Shown here: positions 1-10,031 of the stretch, piece by piece | How positions within the stretch are numbered: the stretch's first letter is position 1 | How the letters are laid out: each line of letters opens with the position of its first letter | Source: a bacterium | Lineage (GTDB): Bacteria; Electryoneota; Electryoneia; Electryoneales; Electryoneaceae | Reading direction: 5' to 3' | NCBI GenBank assembly: GCA_963675295.2 | Contig: CAXXKJ010000002.1 | Coordinates: 3,392,001-3,456,000, forward strand | Length of the DNA: 64,000 nt | Translations under genes and position numbers: made by a program | The notes under the pieces: model-generated | Told to the model about the DNA's origin: nothing | Database searches by the model: none | What the model saw: only the letters and a program-made list of their open reading frames with translations

Positions 1-511
1 GATCGTAGTCCGCCAGCACTCGTTGGCCGATGGCGAGGGCGTGCATCGCACGGGCCGCCCAGAAATTCAGCGACGGTTTCGAGGTGCGTCCGTCGAGGTT
101 CAACGTGCGATCCGGCCAGATGAAGTTGGCAAAGTGGCCGGTGTCAGTCTGCATCGCGAGCACGAACTGCAGCATCCGGATCGCGCGGGCAGCGTACATC
201 GTGTCGCCGGTCGCTTCGTATTCGCGCAGGTACACCCGTGCCGCCCGGGCGACATCATCAACGCAGGCGTTCCCCTCGTCGTCGTCGCCGGTCCAGTCGT
301 AGCTCGGCGCGTTGGCGTAGATGTGGACGATGTCGCAGTCGCGCCCGTTGACCGTCACCGATTCCGTCAGGTGCTCGAGGTGCGCGAAATTGATCGCTAG
401 GGGATCGGCCGGTGCCGGTTCCCGTCCACACCCACCGAACAGCGTGAGCGAACCGACCGCGGCCAGAATCATGAAAATCAGGACGATATGTCGCGTCGTT
501 TTCATCGTCAT
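1..511 (-). CDS. Partial lipoprotein, probable (alpha/alpha)6 glycosidase-like protein; runs off the window edge
   Basis: Not in the ORF track. Manual translation: MTMKTTRHIVLIFMILAAVGSLTLFGGCGRE...HIYANAPSYDWTGDDDEGNACVDDVARA. Lipobox FGG-C; ATG overlaps the upstream permease stop (TGATG). Confidence 0.7.
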   Translation of the reverse strand, partial: MTMKTTRHIVLIFMILAAVGSLTLFGGCGREPAPADPLAINFAHLEHLTESVTVNGRDCDIVHIYANAPSYDWTGDDDEGNACVDDVARAARVYLREYEATGDTMYAARAIRMLQFVLAMQTDTGHFANFIWPDRTLNLDGRTSKPSLNFWAARAMHALAIGQRVLADYD

Positions 512-1332
512 CACTCCTTCAGGCCGGATGTGGCCATGCTTTCAATGAAGTAACGTTGCAGGAAAACGAACACGATCACGACGGGTAGCGTCATCAACGC
601 CGCCGCCGACAGTTGCACCCCGAATTGCCCTTCCGCCTGGCCCGCGACCGCGAACAATGCCACCATCTGCGGCATCGTCATCAGCATCTCGTCACGAATC
701 ACGATCAACGGCCACAGCGCCTCGTTCCAGATCCCCATGAAGTGGACAATGCCCACCGTGATCAGGATCGGCTTGCTTAGCGGCCAGAAGATTCGGAACA
801 GGATGCTCAGTTCGCCGAGACCGTCGATGCGGGCCGCGTCGATCAGATCTTGCGGCATCTGCAGGAAGAACTGGCGGAACAGCAGAATGGCGAACGCGCT
901 CATCGTGTATGGCAGGATCAGTGCGGCATAGGTGTCGACCCAACCGAACTTGACCATTAGCACGTACAGCGGAATCAGCGTCAACTGGAACGGCATCACC
1001 ATCGTGAACAGGATCAGGTTGTGGATGAAACCGCGCCCGGGGAACCGCAGGCGTGCCAACGCATACCCCGCCAGCGAACAGAAAATCAGCACCGCGACCG
1101 TGGACGCAACCGACACGATCAGGCTGTTCAGCAACGCCCGCAGGATCGGAATTCGTTCGAACAGCACCCTGTAATTGTCCACGTTGTAACTGCTCGCCAG
1201 CAGGCCAACCTCGGTGATCTCGGTTTCCGGCTTGATCGTGGCGACAAACATCCACAGAAACGGGTACAGGAAGCTGAACGCCACCAGCGCCATCACGGTA
1301 AAACCGATCCATTTCATCCAGCGGTTGGTCAT
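511..1332 (-). CDS. Carbohydrate ABC transporter permease (MalG/UgpE-like)
   Basis: EAA-type motif DLIDAARIDG, several TM helices; start reassigned to MTNRWMKW (ATG 1332), next to the stop of the preceding permease. Confidence 0.92.
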   Translation of the reverse strand: MTNRWMKWIGFTVMALVAFSFLYPFLWMFVATIKPETEITEVGLLASSYNVDNYRVLFERIPILRALLNSLIVSVASTVAVLIFCSLAGYALARLRFPGRGFIHNLILFTMVMPFQLTLIPLYVLMVKFGWVDTYAALILPYTMSAFAILLFRQFFLQMPQDLIDAARIDGLGELSILFRIFWPLSKPILITVGIVHFMGIWNEALWPLIVIRDEMLMTMPQMVALFAVAGQAEGQFGVQLSAAALMTLPVVIVFVFLQRYFIESMATSGLKE

Positions 1333-1334
1333 AA

Positions 1335-2249
1335 TCAGTCCTCCCGCTCGACGATTCGGCGCTGGATCAGTACCACCCCGATCACCAGAACCGCCAATGC
1401 CAGACCGACGGTTGCGGCATATCCCATCCGGAAGAAGCCGAACGCCTGCCGGTAGATGTACAGCACTCCGGAGAGTGTCGAATTCATCGGCCCGCCGCCG
1501 GTCAGCACGTACGGTTCGATGAACAGGCTGAACCCGCCAAGCGTGCTCAGGATCAACACGATCACTACCACCGGGTTGATCGCGGGGACGGTGATGTAGC
1601 GGAATTTGTCCCACCATCCGGCGCCGTCCATTTCGGCAGCTTCATACAGGCTGCGCGGCACATTCTGCAAGCCCGCGAGGAACAGGATCACATACAGCCC
1701 GACATTCTTCCACGTCGCCATCACTGCAATCGACGGCATCGCCCAGTCCGGGTTCGACAGCCACGGCACCCGCGCGATATTGAACCATGCCAGCACCTGG
1801 TTGAACAGGCCGGCGTCCGTGCTGAATAGCTGCTTCCACAGCACCGTCACCGCGACACCACTGACCACTACCGGGAGGAAGAAACTGGCACGGAAGAACC
1901 CGCGCGCCGGGATGTTTTCGTTCAGGATCGCCGCCAGGAACAACGCCACCACCACCTGCAGCGGCACATGGATGATGATGAACAGCAGCGTGTTGGTGAT
2001 CGCCTTCCAGAACACGTCGTCGGTGAACAGTTCGGCGAAGTTGTCCAGTCCGGCCCATTCGAGCGGTCCGACAATCGACCAGTGATGAAACACCAGCACC
2101 AGCGAAAAGATCAGCGGGTACGCGGAGAAAATGAGGAAGAAGATCACGTACGGCGCGATCAGAATCCTACCTGCACGCGCTTCCTTGGCAGCCAGGCCGG
2201 GGTGTTTCGTCGCCGTCGCTCCGTGGTCGACTGAGGTGAACAGGCTCAT
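1335..2249 (-). CDS. Carbohydrate ABC transporter permease (MalF/UgpA-like)
   Basis: LAGLQNVPRSLYEAAEMDGA EAA motif; GLDNF and TGGGP motifs. Confidence 0.93.
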   Translation of the reverse strand: MSLFTSVDHGATATKHPGLAAKEARAGRILIAPYVIFFLIFSAYPLIFSLVLVFHHWSIVGPLEWAGLDNFAELFTDDVFWKAITNTLLFIIIHVPLQVVVALFLAAILNENIPARGFFRASFFLPVVVSGVAVTVLWKQLFSTDAGLFNQVLAWFNIARVPWLSNPDWAMPSIAVMATWKNVGLYVILFLAGLQNVPRSLYEAAEMDGAGWWDKFRYITVPAINPVVVIVLILSTLGGFSLFIEPYVLTGGGPMNSTLSGVLYIYRQAFGFFRMGYAATVGLALAVLVIGVVLIQRRIVERED

Positions 2250-3559
2250 CCGTCCCCCCTCAGCCGTAAGGCGGTCCCGCTTCGTTCCGCCGCCTTGGCA
2301 ACTCCCTCTTCCGGTGTACGGCGGCTGTGGATGCAGACAGCGTCAAACTGCGTCGCCAGTGCGTCAAACACTTCCTGCATCACCGGATTCTGGTCAAACC
2401 CGCGCGTGTACGGCACCTGCTCCGCGAACTGCACCATGCGCGGGTGCTTGGCGAAATACTCGGCGTACAACGTATCCGCCAGCAAACCATCTCGTAGCGG
2501 CAACTGGCTGGTGTATTCGAGCAGTTTCAGGTCGGCGGACCGGGATGTGTAGAATTTGATGAACTCCCACGCCACGTCCGGGTGCTTCGTCGTCGAGAAG
2601 ATGCCGATGCTCTTCGGATCTCCGAACGTGTACTTCGGGCCTTCGTAATCATCCGGCACGGGAATCGGCCCGAACTCATACGTGAAGTCCGGCCCCTTGA
2701 AACGTTCGGTGTAGGCGATGTTCCACGGGCCGGTAACCCGGCTGGCGAACCGTTCGCCAACCACGAACGCATCCCCGGCGAACACCGAACGGCTGAACCA
2801 TTTCTGTTCGAATCCGTGCTGAAAAAACGCAAAAACCTGCTCGGTTTCCGGCCGGTCGAAGTTGATCTGGCCATCCTTGAGCAGGGTTTCACCGCCGGTC
2901 GCGGCAATGAAGAACGGGTAAAAATCAAACAGGCGCTGCCGCCATTCGGACACCGGGTTGATAATGTTCATCCAGCGATCAATGCCGCCGTCCCCATCCA
3001 GGTCAGCGACAACCATCTCCGCCGCTGTGGCAAACTCACTCCAGGTTTCCGGCAGCTTCTCGACTCCGCACCTTCGCAGCATCGTCGTGTTGTACTGAAT
3101 CAGGATCGGGTTGCCCTTCCACGGCACCTGGTACAACAAGCCGTCGTCGTCGACGAACGTCTCGAACAGTTCCCCGGGCATGCGTGCACGGATCGACTCA
3201 CGCGCGCCGGGGATGGAATCGAGTGGCACCAGCGCACCGGCGTCGGCCAGCAACGGCGCAATCACCGGCGGAATGTTGGTGCAGATGTCTGGGGCGGTCT
3301 TGCCCGCGGCGGCGATGATCAACACTTCCTCGCCGGAGCGGCCTTCGGGCAGGGGTTGCAGCTCGATCAGAGTATCGGGGTGGGCTTCATTCCAGGCGTT
3401 AACGAGCGCACGGGCGTGGTCGATTTCCTGCGGGTTGGTGGCGGACCACATCAGCAGACGTACTCCGTCGCTCTCCTGCGTCCGGCCGCAACCCAGCATC
3501 AGCAGGCTGGCCGCTGCGAGAAGCAGCAGTGTGCACGTCGACTTCAACCATCGCCGCAT
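2246..3559 (-). CDS. Sugar ABC transporter substrate-binding lipoprotein
   Basis: Lipobox MLG-C; PETWSEF and AWEFIKF motifs typical of family-1 SBPs; operon with two permeases. Confidence 0.92.
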   Translation of the reverse strand: MRRWLKSTCTLLLLAAASLLMLGCGRTQESDGVRLLMWSATNPQEIDHARALVNAWNEAHPDTLIELQPLPEGRSGEEVLIIAAAGKTAPDICTNIPPVIAPLLADAGALVPLDSIPGARESIRARMPGELFETFVDDDGLLYQVPWKGNPILIQYNTTMLRRCGVEKLPETWSEFATAAEMVVADLDGDGGIDRWMNIINPVSEWRQRLFDFYPFFIAATGGETLLKDGQINFDRPETEQVFAFFQHGFEQKWFSRSVFAGDAFVVGERFASRVTGPWNIAYTERFKGPDFTYEFGPIPVPDDYEGPKYTFGDPKSIGIFSTTKHPDVAWEFIKFYTSRSADLKLLEYTSQLPLRDGLLADTLYAEYFAKHPRMVQFAEQVPYTRGFDQNPVMQEVFDALATQFDAVCIHSRRTPEEGVAKAAERSGTALRLRGDG

Positions 3560-3715
3560 CGTTTGTCTCCTTCAACCGGTTCTCAACTGCGAGTTCCGGT
3601 TCCCCTTGATCCCGCATTCAGCCGCGGGCCGGCATCAACTCATCCTCTGCAAGCTTCGATCTATCGCCCTCACGTCTTTCCTGTCTGCGTCACTCTGTGG
3701 AACAGCTTTTGTCAA

Positions 3716-3784
3716 GGGACACTTACTCCGTTATGTGTCCCCACATCAATCATTTCGGGACACTTTGTCCCCAAAGTGTCCCGA
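3716..3784. repeat. Two tandem GGGACAC...GTGTCCC palindromes (REP-like)
   Basis: gggacac-N12-gtgtccc (3716-3741) and tcgggacacttt-gtcccc-aaagtgtcccga (3755-3784); related copy at 45422-45448. Confidence 0.7.
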
Positions 3785-3797
3785 CCTCAATAATCTT

Positions 3798-4841
3798 CTA
3801 CTTCTTCACCGCCGCGTCGGTCTTCAGGTAATCCAGCAGTTGATCCATCATGACGCTGATCACGCCGATCACCCGGTCCGCGCCGCCGTAGAACATGTCC
3901 AGCCGGCCATCATGCACGACGGTCCCTTCCGGGAAGACGACGTTGTCCACATCGCCCTTCAGCTCCCAGTCTTCCGTCGGCTCGAACAACGGCACCGGCG
4001 TATGGCCGATCACCTTGGACGGATCATCCAGATCCAGTAACGCCGCCCCGGCGCGGTAGGAGCGCACGCCCCAGTCGTCGTTGCCGTGGTTGACGCCATG
4101 AATGATCAACAGCCAGCCCTCCGGCGTTTCAATCGGTGCCGGACCGAGACCCATGTGGCTCGATTGCCAGCCGAAATCGCGTTCCAGCAACACGTACTGG
4201 TCCATGTTGCGGATGTAATCTTCCCAGAACGCCTGGTCGCCGAGTTGTTCCATGCTGTCGACGTAGACGAGCTGCATGTCCGGACGGAGACGGTGGATCG
4301 CCGCGATCTTGCCGTTAATGCGTTTCGGGAAAATGCAGAAGTCCTTCTCCCACATCAGTTGCTTCGGATCGTCCTCACCCCAGCGGTCGGCGTAACGCTT
4401 CAACGCCGGCTTATCCTTGACCAGCTTGATCGCGTCTTCGTTGCGGAACAACGGACCGATCCGGAATGCGTCCTCCCAGTCCGTCGGACTGCTGCCATAG
4501 GCGAGCGCCGTGGTCGCGTTGAAACCATCGTATGCGGTGTGGAACATCCAGTATTTGCCTTCGAACTTGATCACACGTGGGTCTTCGACACCGTATTTGT
4601 CCCACTCGTGGCGCGGTTGATAAACCGGTTCCGGCGCACGGTGCACGATTACCGGCTGGTCGTTTTCATAGCGAACGATCGCGTGGCCAACCGTGGACAA
4701 CCAGTCCGGATTGACAGCGCGGTAGTGCATGTGGTGGCCATCCGGCTCGTCAATCATGCTCGGGTTGAGCACGGCACGCCGTTCCCACAAGCCTTCCCCG
4801 GGTTCCATGAACAGTCGGCGATTGAATAGTTCAGGTTTCAT
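3798..4841 (-). CDS. Glycoside hydrolase family 130 protein (beta-mannoside phosphorylase/hydrolase-like)
   Basis: VLNPS, GVEDPRV, YTAY-like HTAYDG, PIETPEGWLLIIHGV, LLDLDDPSKV, NVVFP and YGGAD motifs. Confidence 0.9.
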   Translation of the reverse strand: MKPELFNRRLFMEPGEGLWERRAVLNPSMIDEPDGHHMHYRAVNPDWLSTVGHAIVRYENDQPVIVHRAPEPVYQPRHEWDKYGVEDPRVIKFEGKYWMFHTAYDGFNATTALAYGSSPTDWEDAFRIGPLFRNEDAIKLVKDKPALKRYADRWGEDDPKQLMWEKDFCIFPKRINGKIAAIHRLRPDMQLVYVDSMEQLGDQAFWEDYIRNMDQYVLLERDFGWQSSHMGLGPAPIETPEGWLLIIHGVNHGNDDWGVRSYRAGAALLDLDDPSKVIGHTPVPLFEPTEDWELKGDVDNVVFPEGTVVHDGRLDMFYGGADRVIGVISVMMDQLLDYLKTDAAVKK

Positions 4842-5877
4842 CGCTCGTGTTCCTTATCAAATGGTTTACGAATGAGCTTTTTCGCGCGATAAATTCGACG
4901 CCGACACGCGAGGTCACCGGTTTGCGATCCGGATGATCGATCATGTCGGTGATCGTCTGCACCGCAGCCACGCCAAGTTCCTCCTTGAACACGCGCACGG
5001 TGCTCAGCGACGGATTGACCAAGCCGGCGACCTCGACATCGTCGAAGCCAACTACCGCCAGATCGTCAGGCACATGCACCGCTAACCGATCCGCCGCACG
5101 CATCACACCGAGCGCGATGGCGTCGTTGAAGCAGACCAGCGCCTGTGGCCGTGCTCCCCGGTTCCACATGCGTTCGAATGCCGCGATACCGTTTTCGGTA
5201 CGCGTGTCATTTTCCTCGTGATCGATCCAGTCGGCGTGGAGCGGCAATCCCGCCTCGTTGATAGCTTCCGTGAAGCCGGAAAACCGTTCCCGTTCGCTGG
5301 GGTGGCCGTCCGACGCACCGATGTAGCCGATGTTTTCAATGCCTTGTTCGATCAGATGTTGTGTCGCACGCTTGGTGCCGAGCCGGTTTTCGATCAGCAC
5401 CCGCGACACGTTCATCTCGTCATCACCGAAATCGACCAGCACCATCGGCAGCTTGTAGTTTGTCACGTCGAGGATGACTTTGCGTGGCACGCTGCCGGCG
5501 ATGATGATCCCGTCCACATTGTGTTCCAGCAGAAAGCGCGGCAGGTCATTGCGTGCCGAATAACGTTCCGGCACGGTCGACAGCAGCACGTAAAGGTCGT
5601 ATTCCCGTGCCTTCAGCTCCGCGCCGAGGAACACGCGTGTGTAGAACGGTTCCGCCTGGTTGAAGTGGGCGTCATGAACGATGAAACCGATGTTTCCGGA
5701 CACTTGCTGGGTAAGGTTGCGCGCGCTTCGCCGCGGGGTGTACTCGAGATCACGGATGGCTTTCTGCACCCTGGCAAAGGTGTCAGGATGGATGTAGCCC
5801 TTGCTGTTAAGGACAGCGGACACGGTGGACGGGGCCACATTCGCACGCTTGGCGACGTCTCGGATGGTCGGCGCCAT
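4831..5877 (-). CDS. LacI-family transcriptional regulator
   Basis: TIRDVAKRANVAPSTVSAVLN helix-turn-helix; VPDDLAVVGFDD and PSLSTV in the sugar-binding domain. Confidence 0.96.
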   Translation of the reverse strand: MAPTIRDVAKRANVAPSTVSAVLNSKGYIHPDTFARVQKAIRDLEYTPRRSARNLTQQVSGNIGFIVHDAHFNQAEPFYTRVFLGAELKAREYDLYVLLSTVPERYSARNDLPRFLLEHNVDGIIIAGSVPRKVILDVTNYKLPMVLVDFGDDEMNVSRVLIENRLGTKRATQHLIEQGIENIGYIGASDGHPSERERFSGFTEAINEAGLPLHADWIDHEENDTRTENGIAAFERMWNRGARPQALVCFNDAIALGVMRAADRLAVHVPDDLAVVGFDDVEVAGLVNPSLSTVRVFKEELGVAAVQTITDMIDHPDRKPVTSRVGVEFIARKSSFVNHLIRNTSDET

Positions 5878-6016
5878 GGACTGCCCTTCGGTTTACCCTC
5901 TGGATCTCAATCGTTCGCGCCCGCCGGTCCGTGGGGGGAACTACTCTTGTGTCAACGGTGGCTGGTATTCCCCGGGTGAGCTGTGTGTCCAGCGCGGCTA
6001 ACACGATCGAAACGAG

Positions 6017-6034
6017 TATCGAACCGGTTCGATA
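6017..6034. promoter_or_regulatory. Putative LacI operator (perfect 18-bp palindrome TATCGAACCGGTTCGATA)
   Basis: Perfect palindrome with central CG upstream of the lacI-GH130-ABC operon; near-identical copy at 7294-7307. Confidence 0.75.
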
Positions 6035-6133
6035 TAAGATCGACAGAGAAAACGCCACACGCAAGAGCGACTTCGTTCAGAATAACTATTTCGGATTCAC
6101 TTGAGAGACAGCGATATGTGGCGAAATTCTCAG

Positions 6134-7234
6134 TCAACCACTTGTCACCGCTGAACTTGTCGCCCTCTCCGCCACATCTACCGCGCTTAAGCCGATTTCC
6201 AGTGGAACACGTACCTTGTGCGAAGCGTCACGAACCGCTTTCACGACATCGAGCATCGAAGCACGCACCAAGTCAGCGTAAACCTCCATCTTGCTCCGGT
6301 CCATCCGGAACGTACCGAACACCTCATGCGTCGCGGCGTACGGTTCACCCGTCGCTGCGAAGTGCTTTACGTTGCCGTTGTCGAGGGGTGCTATCGTGCG
6401 TTCGGTCCAGTTCGGCAGAGATCTGATCAGCTCATACGTGGTTTCATCCACCAGCGCATGCAGGTGGCCGTAAGTGGGAATCCAGCCGTGCAGACGCATC
6501 CGCAGCTTGTCGAACGCCAGGCGGATGTGCGTTTCCTCAAACGAGTTCAGGCCAGAGAAATGGTGGTAGTGAGTGGCGATTAAACCGTCTTCATATTCGA
6601 CGGACGCCAGCACCCGGTCCCGTTGCCCGGATCGTCTGTCCGCCGCAGCACCGGTTACACGTGTGACCGGCGCGGCCGCGAGCGTGTCAACCAGGTCGAT
6701 GAAATGGACCGCATGTTCGATCAAGATGCCGCCGGATTGGTAACGATCCCAGAACCAGTGGTTCGGCGGCAGGGTTTCGTCCTGGGCGTAATTCTCAACC
6801 GACGCATGCCGTAGGGGGCCGAAAGTGCCTTCCTTGACCCAGGATTGGAAGGTCTCGAGCAGCGGATGAAGCCGCAGCATGTGGTTCACCGCGACGACAA
6901 CCCCGGCATCATCACGCGCACGCAGCAACCGCTCGGTGTCCGCTTTCGCTGACAGGGCGACCGGCTTCTCCACCAGCAGGTGCTTGCCCGCCTGCATCAA
7001 CGCCACCGCCAGGTCGGCGTGCGTGGACGGCGGTGAGGCGATCGCGACGATGGCCACCTCGGGGTCGTCCGCCAGCTTTTGCCAGTCGTCATAAAAACGG
7101 ATATCGCCGGGATTTGCCTCCGCACGGCTGTCCGCCGCTGCGACGACGAGAACCTCATCCAGCTGCGACCAGCTCTGGTGCAGAAAGCGGGCGAATCCGC
7201 CGTACCCGAGAATCCCAATGCCGAGCTTGTCCAT
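6134..7234 (-). CDS. Gfo/Idh/MocA family oxidoreductase
   Basis: GILGYGGFA Rossmann motif, AGKHLLVEKP, GGILIEHAVHFID. Start MDKLGIG (7234) preferred; the ORF extends to 7273. Confidence 0.92.
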   Translation of the reverse strand: MDKLGIGILGYGGFARFLHQSWSQLDEVLVVAAADSRAEANPGDIRFYDDWQKLADDPEVAIVAIASPPSTHADLAVALMQAGKHLLVEKPVALSAKADTERLLRARDDAGVVVAVNHMLRLHPLLETFQSWVKEGTFGPLRHASVENYAQDETLPPNHWFWDRYQSGGILIEHAVHFIDLVDTLAAAPVTRVTGAAADRRSGQRDRVLASVEYEDGLIATHYHHFSGLNSFEETHIRLAFDKLRMRLHGWIPTYGHLHALVDETTYELIRSLPNWTERTIAPLDNGNVKHFAATGEPYAATHEVFGTFRMDRSKMEVYADLVRASMLDVVKAVRDASHKVRVPLEIGLSAVDVAERATSSAVTSG

Positions 7235-7293
7235 ACCTGCCCCCTGTTGGATTCTGGTAACGTAGCGGTTCACATTATGTCAGGACAAGAGTC

Positions 7294-7307
7294 TCGAACC
7301 GATTCGA
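7294..7307. promoter_or_regulatory. Putative second LacI operator (TCGAACCGATTCGA)
   Basis: One mismatch to the core of the 6017 palindrome; lies in the divergent region between the oxidoreductase and the lipoprotein-GH130 operon. Confidence 0.65.
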
Positions 7308-7428
7308 CAAAATCGAGTATTTCGTGTTTGACTCTGGCGGAGCCGCGCACTACTGTCTACCTTCTCAGTGGCAACAGGGCAGCGCATCCGGGGGAATCAC
7401 GTTGGCACGTTCGACCGTACCTCAGGCT

Positions 7429-8940
7429 ATGAAACCGGTTCAGGGGAAGTGTGTCTCTCCAGCGAGCCGAGTCGCTGCGCGATTCCGAGTAGTATGGACC
7501 GTGCTGCTTGCTTCTCTTGCGGTTGGCCTCATTGCCTGTTCGGACTCCACGCAACAAGAAGCCGGGGACACCTGGCTGGCAATTGCCGGTGACGACACCA
7601 TCACGGTCAACCAGTACACCTACCGTTACGAGACCGCTCCGCACACCGGTTTCGGCACCACCGCCCGCCGGGATTTCCTCGACGCCCTGATCATCGAACG
7701 CCTGCTCGCACACCTCTCCCCCGACACCTCGGAGCGTTACACCGCCCTGCGTGCGCAACTGGCCGCCGAGGCCCGTGTGGAGAGTTTCCTCATCGACCGG
7801 ATTGAGGCCGAGGTCAATATCCCGGAAACGGAGGTGCGTGCCAACGTGCTGCGCGCCATCCGCACATTGACTGTACAAGCGTGGGCCGCCCCGGACTCGA
7901 ACACCGCCGCACGAATCCTCGTCGCATACCTGGGCGGGACCTCATTTGAACGGGCCGGCAATCAGACGTTCAGCGGCGCGGTGTATCTCGATACGGTCGT
8001 GGTGCAGTGGAACACGACCGATCCGGCGCTGGAGGATCTGGCGTATTCGCTCGAGCTGGACGAGGCCGGCGGACCGGTTGAGGTCGAGGGACGCTGGTGG
8101 GTATTGCGGCTGATTCGTTTCGAGCAGGACCGCATCCCCAGTGAGTCGGTGTATCTCGAGCTGGGACCGTGGGTGCGTGACGCCCTCGAAGCCCGGCAGG
8201 CGCGTGCCCGGCAGCCCGAGATCATCGCTGCTGTGATGCGTGGCCACACGATGAACATCGACCCGGACGGCTGGCGCTGGCTGGTTGATGCCCTCCGCGA
8301 ACGGCTGGATTCCGGCGACGATCCGGCGTTGCAATTGCCGTTCACCGCGCTGGAGGAGAACTCACTGCGCGGACTGGATGATACCCCTGACCTCGACCTG
8401 CCGCTGCTGAGTGTTGATGGCCCGGCATACTCGGCCGATTGGACCCGCGCGGACGTGTTGCGCCGCCTCGAGGTCGCGCCGAAACCGGTTCCACGCTTTG
8501 ACGATCCGCGTCGCTTTGAGCACGACCTCCACGCGCACCTGCGCTGGCTGGTCGAATTCGAGGTGCTGGACCAACTGGCGACAGAAGCGGGCTACGATGA
8601 CAACCCGCGCGTGATGCGTGACCGCCGGATGTGGTCCACTCACCTCTCCGCCCGTGAGGAATTGAACCGGCAACTTTCGTTGATCACGGACCACCCTCCG
8701 GATACCACAGCCCGGATCGGCCTCCCGAGGGACGCCTCAGCGGAAGAGCAACTGCTCGCCCTGTTCCGTGACGCTGCGGCGCGGGAAGGGGTGCGTATCA
8801 ATACAGCACTGCTCGACTCGTTGACGTTGGTTGACGTGCCGGTGTTTGTCCGCAAACGGCATTTTCCCAACCGTCCAGCGACTCCATTGCCCGTGGGTCA
8901 ACCTTGGGCGGCCGAACTCGATTTTCCACCTCAGCCCTGA
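7429..8940 (+). CDS. Lipoprotein with degenerate SurA-N/parvulin-like (PPIase-like) architecture
   Basis: Lipobox LIA-C; LAIAGDDTITV, RRDFLDALIIERLL and DPALEDLAYSLELDEAGGPVEVEGRWWVLRL resemble foldase lipoproteins. Start uncertain. Confidence 0.6.
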   Translation: MKPVQGKCVSPASRVAARFRVVWTVLLASLAVGLIACSDSTQQEAGDTWLAIAGDDTITVNQYTYRYETAPHTGFGTTARRDFLDALIIERLLAHLSPDTSERYTALRAQLAAEARVESFLIDRIEAEVNIPETEVRANVLRAIRTLTVQAWAAPDSNTAARILVAYLGGTSFERAGNQTFSGAVYLDTVVVQWNTTDPALEDLAYSLELDEAGGPVEVEGRWWVLRLIRFEQDRIPSESVYLELGPWVRDALEARQARARQPEIIAAVMRGHTMNIDPDGWRWLVDALRERLDSGDDPALQLPFTALEENSLRGLDDTPDLDLPLLSVDGPAYSADWTRADVLRRLEVAPKPVPRFDDPRRFEHDLHAHLRWLVEFEVLDQLATEAGYDDNPRVMRDRRMWSTHLSAREELNRQLSLITDHPPDTTARIGLPRDASAEEQLLALFRDAAAREGVRINTALLDSLTLVDVPVFVRKRHFPNRPATPLPVGQPWAAELDFPPQP

Positions 8941-8962
8941 TCGAAGTACGTGAGGACAGATC

Positions 8963-9910
8963 ATGAACATGAACCCGACAGCCCTGGTCACCCGGTATCC
9001 GCACAACCCGATCCTGACGAAGGATGACATCCCCTACCCCGTTGTCACGGTGCACAACGCTGGCGCAACGCTGTTCGAGGGCCGGACGTTGCTGCTGTTC
9101 CGCTCGCACCTGCGCACCGGCCGTTCGATCCTCGGCCTGGCGGAGAGCGAGGACGGGTACAACTTTACCGTTCGGCCGGAACCGTTCATGACCGCCGACC
9201 CGCATGGCCCGTTTGCGGAGTACGAGGAATACGGCGTCGAGGACCCGCGGATTTGTTTCATTGACGACGAGTACCTGATCACCTACAGCGCGTACTCCCG
9301 GCATGGAGTCCGCATCGGGCTGGCGAAAACTCGGGATTGGGAATCCGTGGAACGCGTTTCGATGATCACCCAGGCGGACATGCGCAACGTGGTCATCTTC
9401 CCGCAGAAATTTGAGGGGCGGTATGCCCGTCTCGACCGTCCGCATTCGGAAATCTCGCCGTGGTCAATGTGGATCTCGTACTCGCCGGACCTCGTGCACT
9501 GGGGTGATTCCAAGGTGGTGATGAAGCCGGTGACGTATCACTGGGACGAGATGAAAATCGGCCCCGGCGCGACACCGATCCGCACGGATAAGGGCTGGCT
9601 GAACATCTACCACGGGGTGTTTCCGACGATGGACGGGTCGGTCTACCGGCTCGGCGTTGCGCTGCATGACCTCGACGATCCATCCCGCATCATCGGTGTC
9701 GCGGACGAGTGGATTCTGCAGCCGGAAGATCCGTGGGAGATCAGCGGCTACGTGCACAACGTGGTCTTCACCTGCGGCGCGGTGGAGGTTGGGGACGGCA
9801 CGATCCGCCTCTACTGGGGCGGTGCGGACACGGTGATGTGCGCGGGCACGGCCAGAATTGACGATCTGGTCGAGCTTTGTCTCAACAATTCCCGCCCACC
9901 GATGGGCTGA
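8963..9910 (+). CDS. Glycoside hydrolase family 130 (beta-mannoside phosphorylase-like)
   Basis: RYPHNPIL, VHNAGA, GVEDPRI, YLITYSAYS, RNVVIFP, KIGPGATPIRTDKGWLNIYHGV, VHNVVFTCG, YWGGAD. Confidence 0.94.
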   Translation: MNMNPTALVTRYPHNPILTKDDIPYPVVTVHNAGATLFEGRTLLLFRSHLRTGRSILGLAESEDGYNFTVRPEPFMTADPHGPFAEYEEYGVEDPRICFIDDEYLITYSAYSRHGVRIGLAKTRDWESVERVSMITQADMRNVVIFPQKFEGRYARLDRPHSEISPWSMWISYSPDLVHWGDSKVVMKPVTYHWDEMKIGPGATPIRTDKGWLNIYHGVFPTMDGSVYRLGVALHDLDDPSRIIGVADEWILQPEDPWEISGYVHNVVFTCGAVEVGDGTIRLYWGGADTVMCAGTARIDDLVELCLNNSRPPMG

Positions 9911-9978
9911 ACCTGTCGGGTTGGCGGGAATCGCGTTCCCTGCCTGTCCGTTCGCACACGACATCCGTAGAAAAGAAT

Positions 9979-10008
9979 AGCGCCGGTTCCTTCTCAGGGA
10001 CCGGCGTT
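9979..10008. terminator. Intrinsic terminator hairpin between convergent genes
   Basis: agcgccggttcc-ttctca-gggaccggcgtt, with an A-rich run on the left (U-tract on the minus strand). Confidence 0.6.
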
Positions 10009-10031
10009 GCTCGCATCTGGTTCAACTGGCC

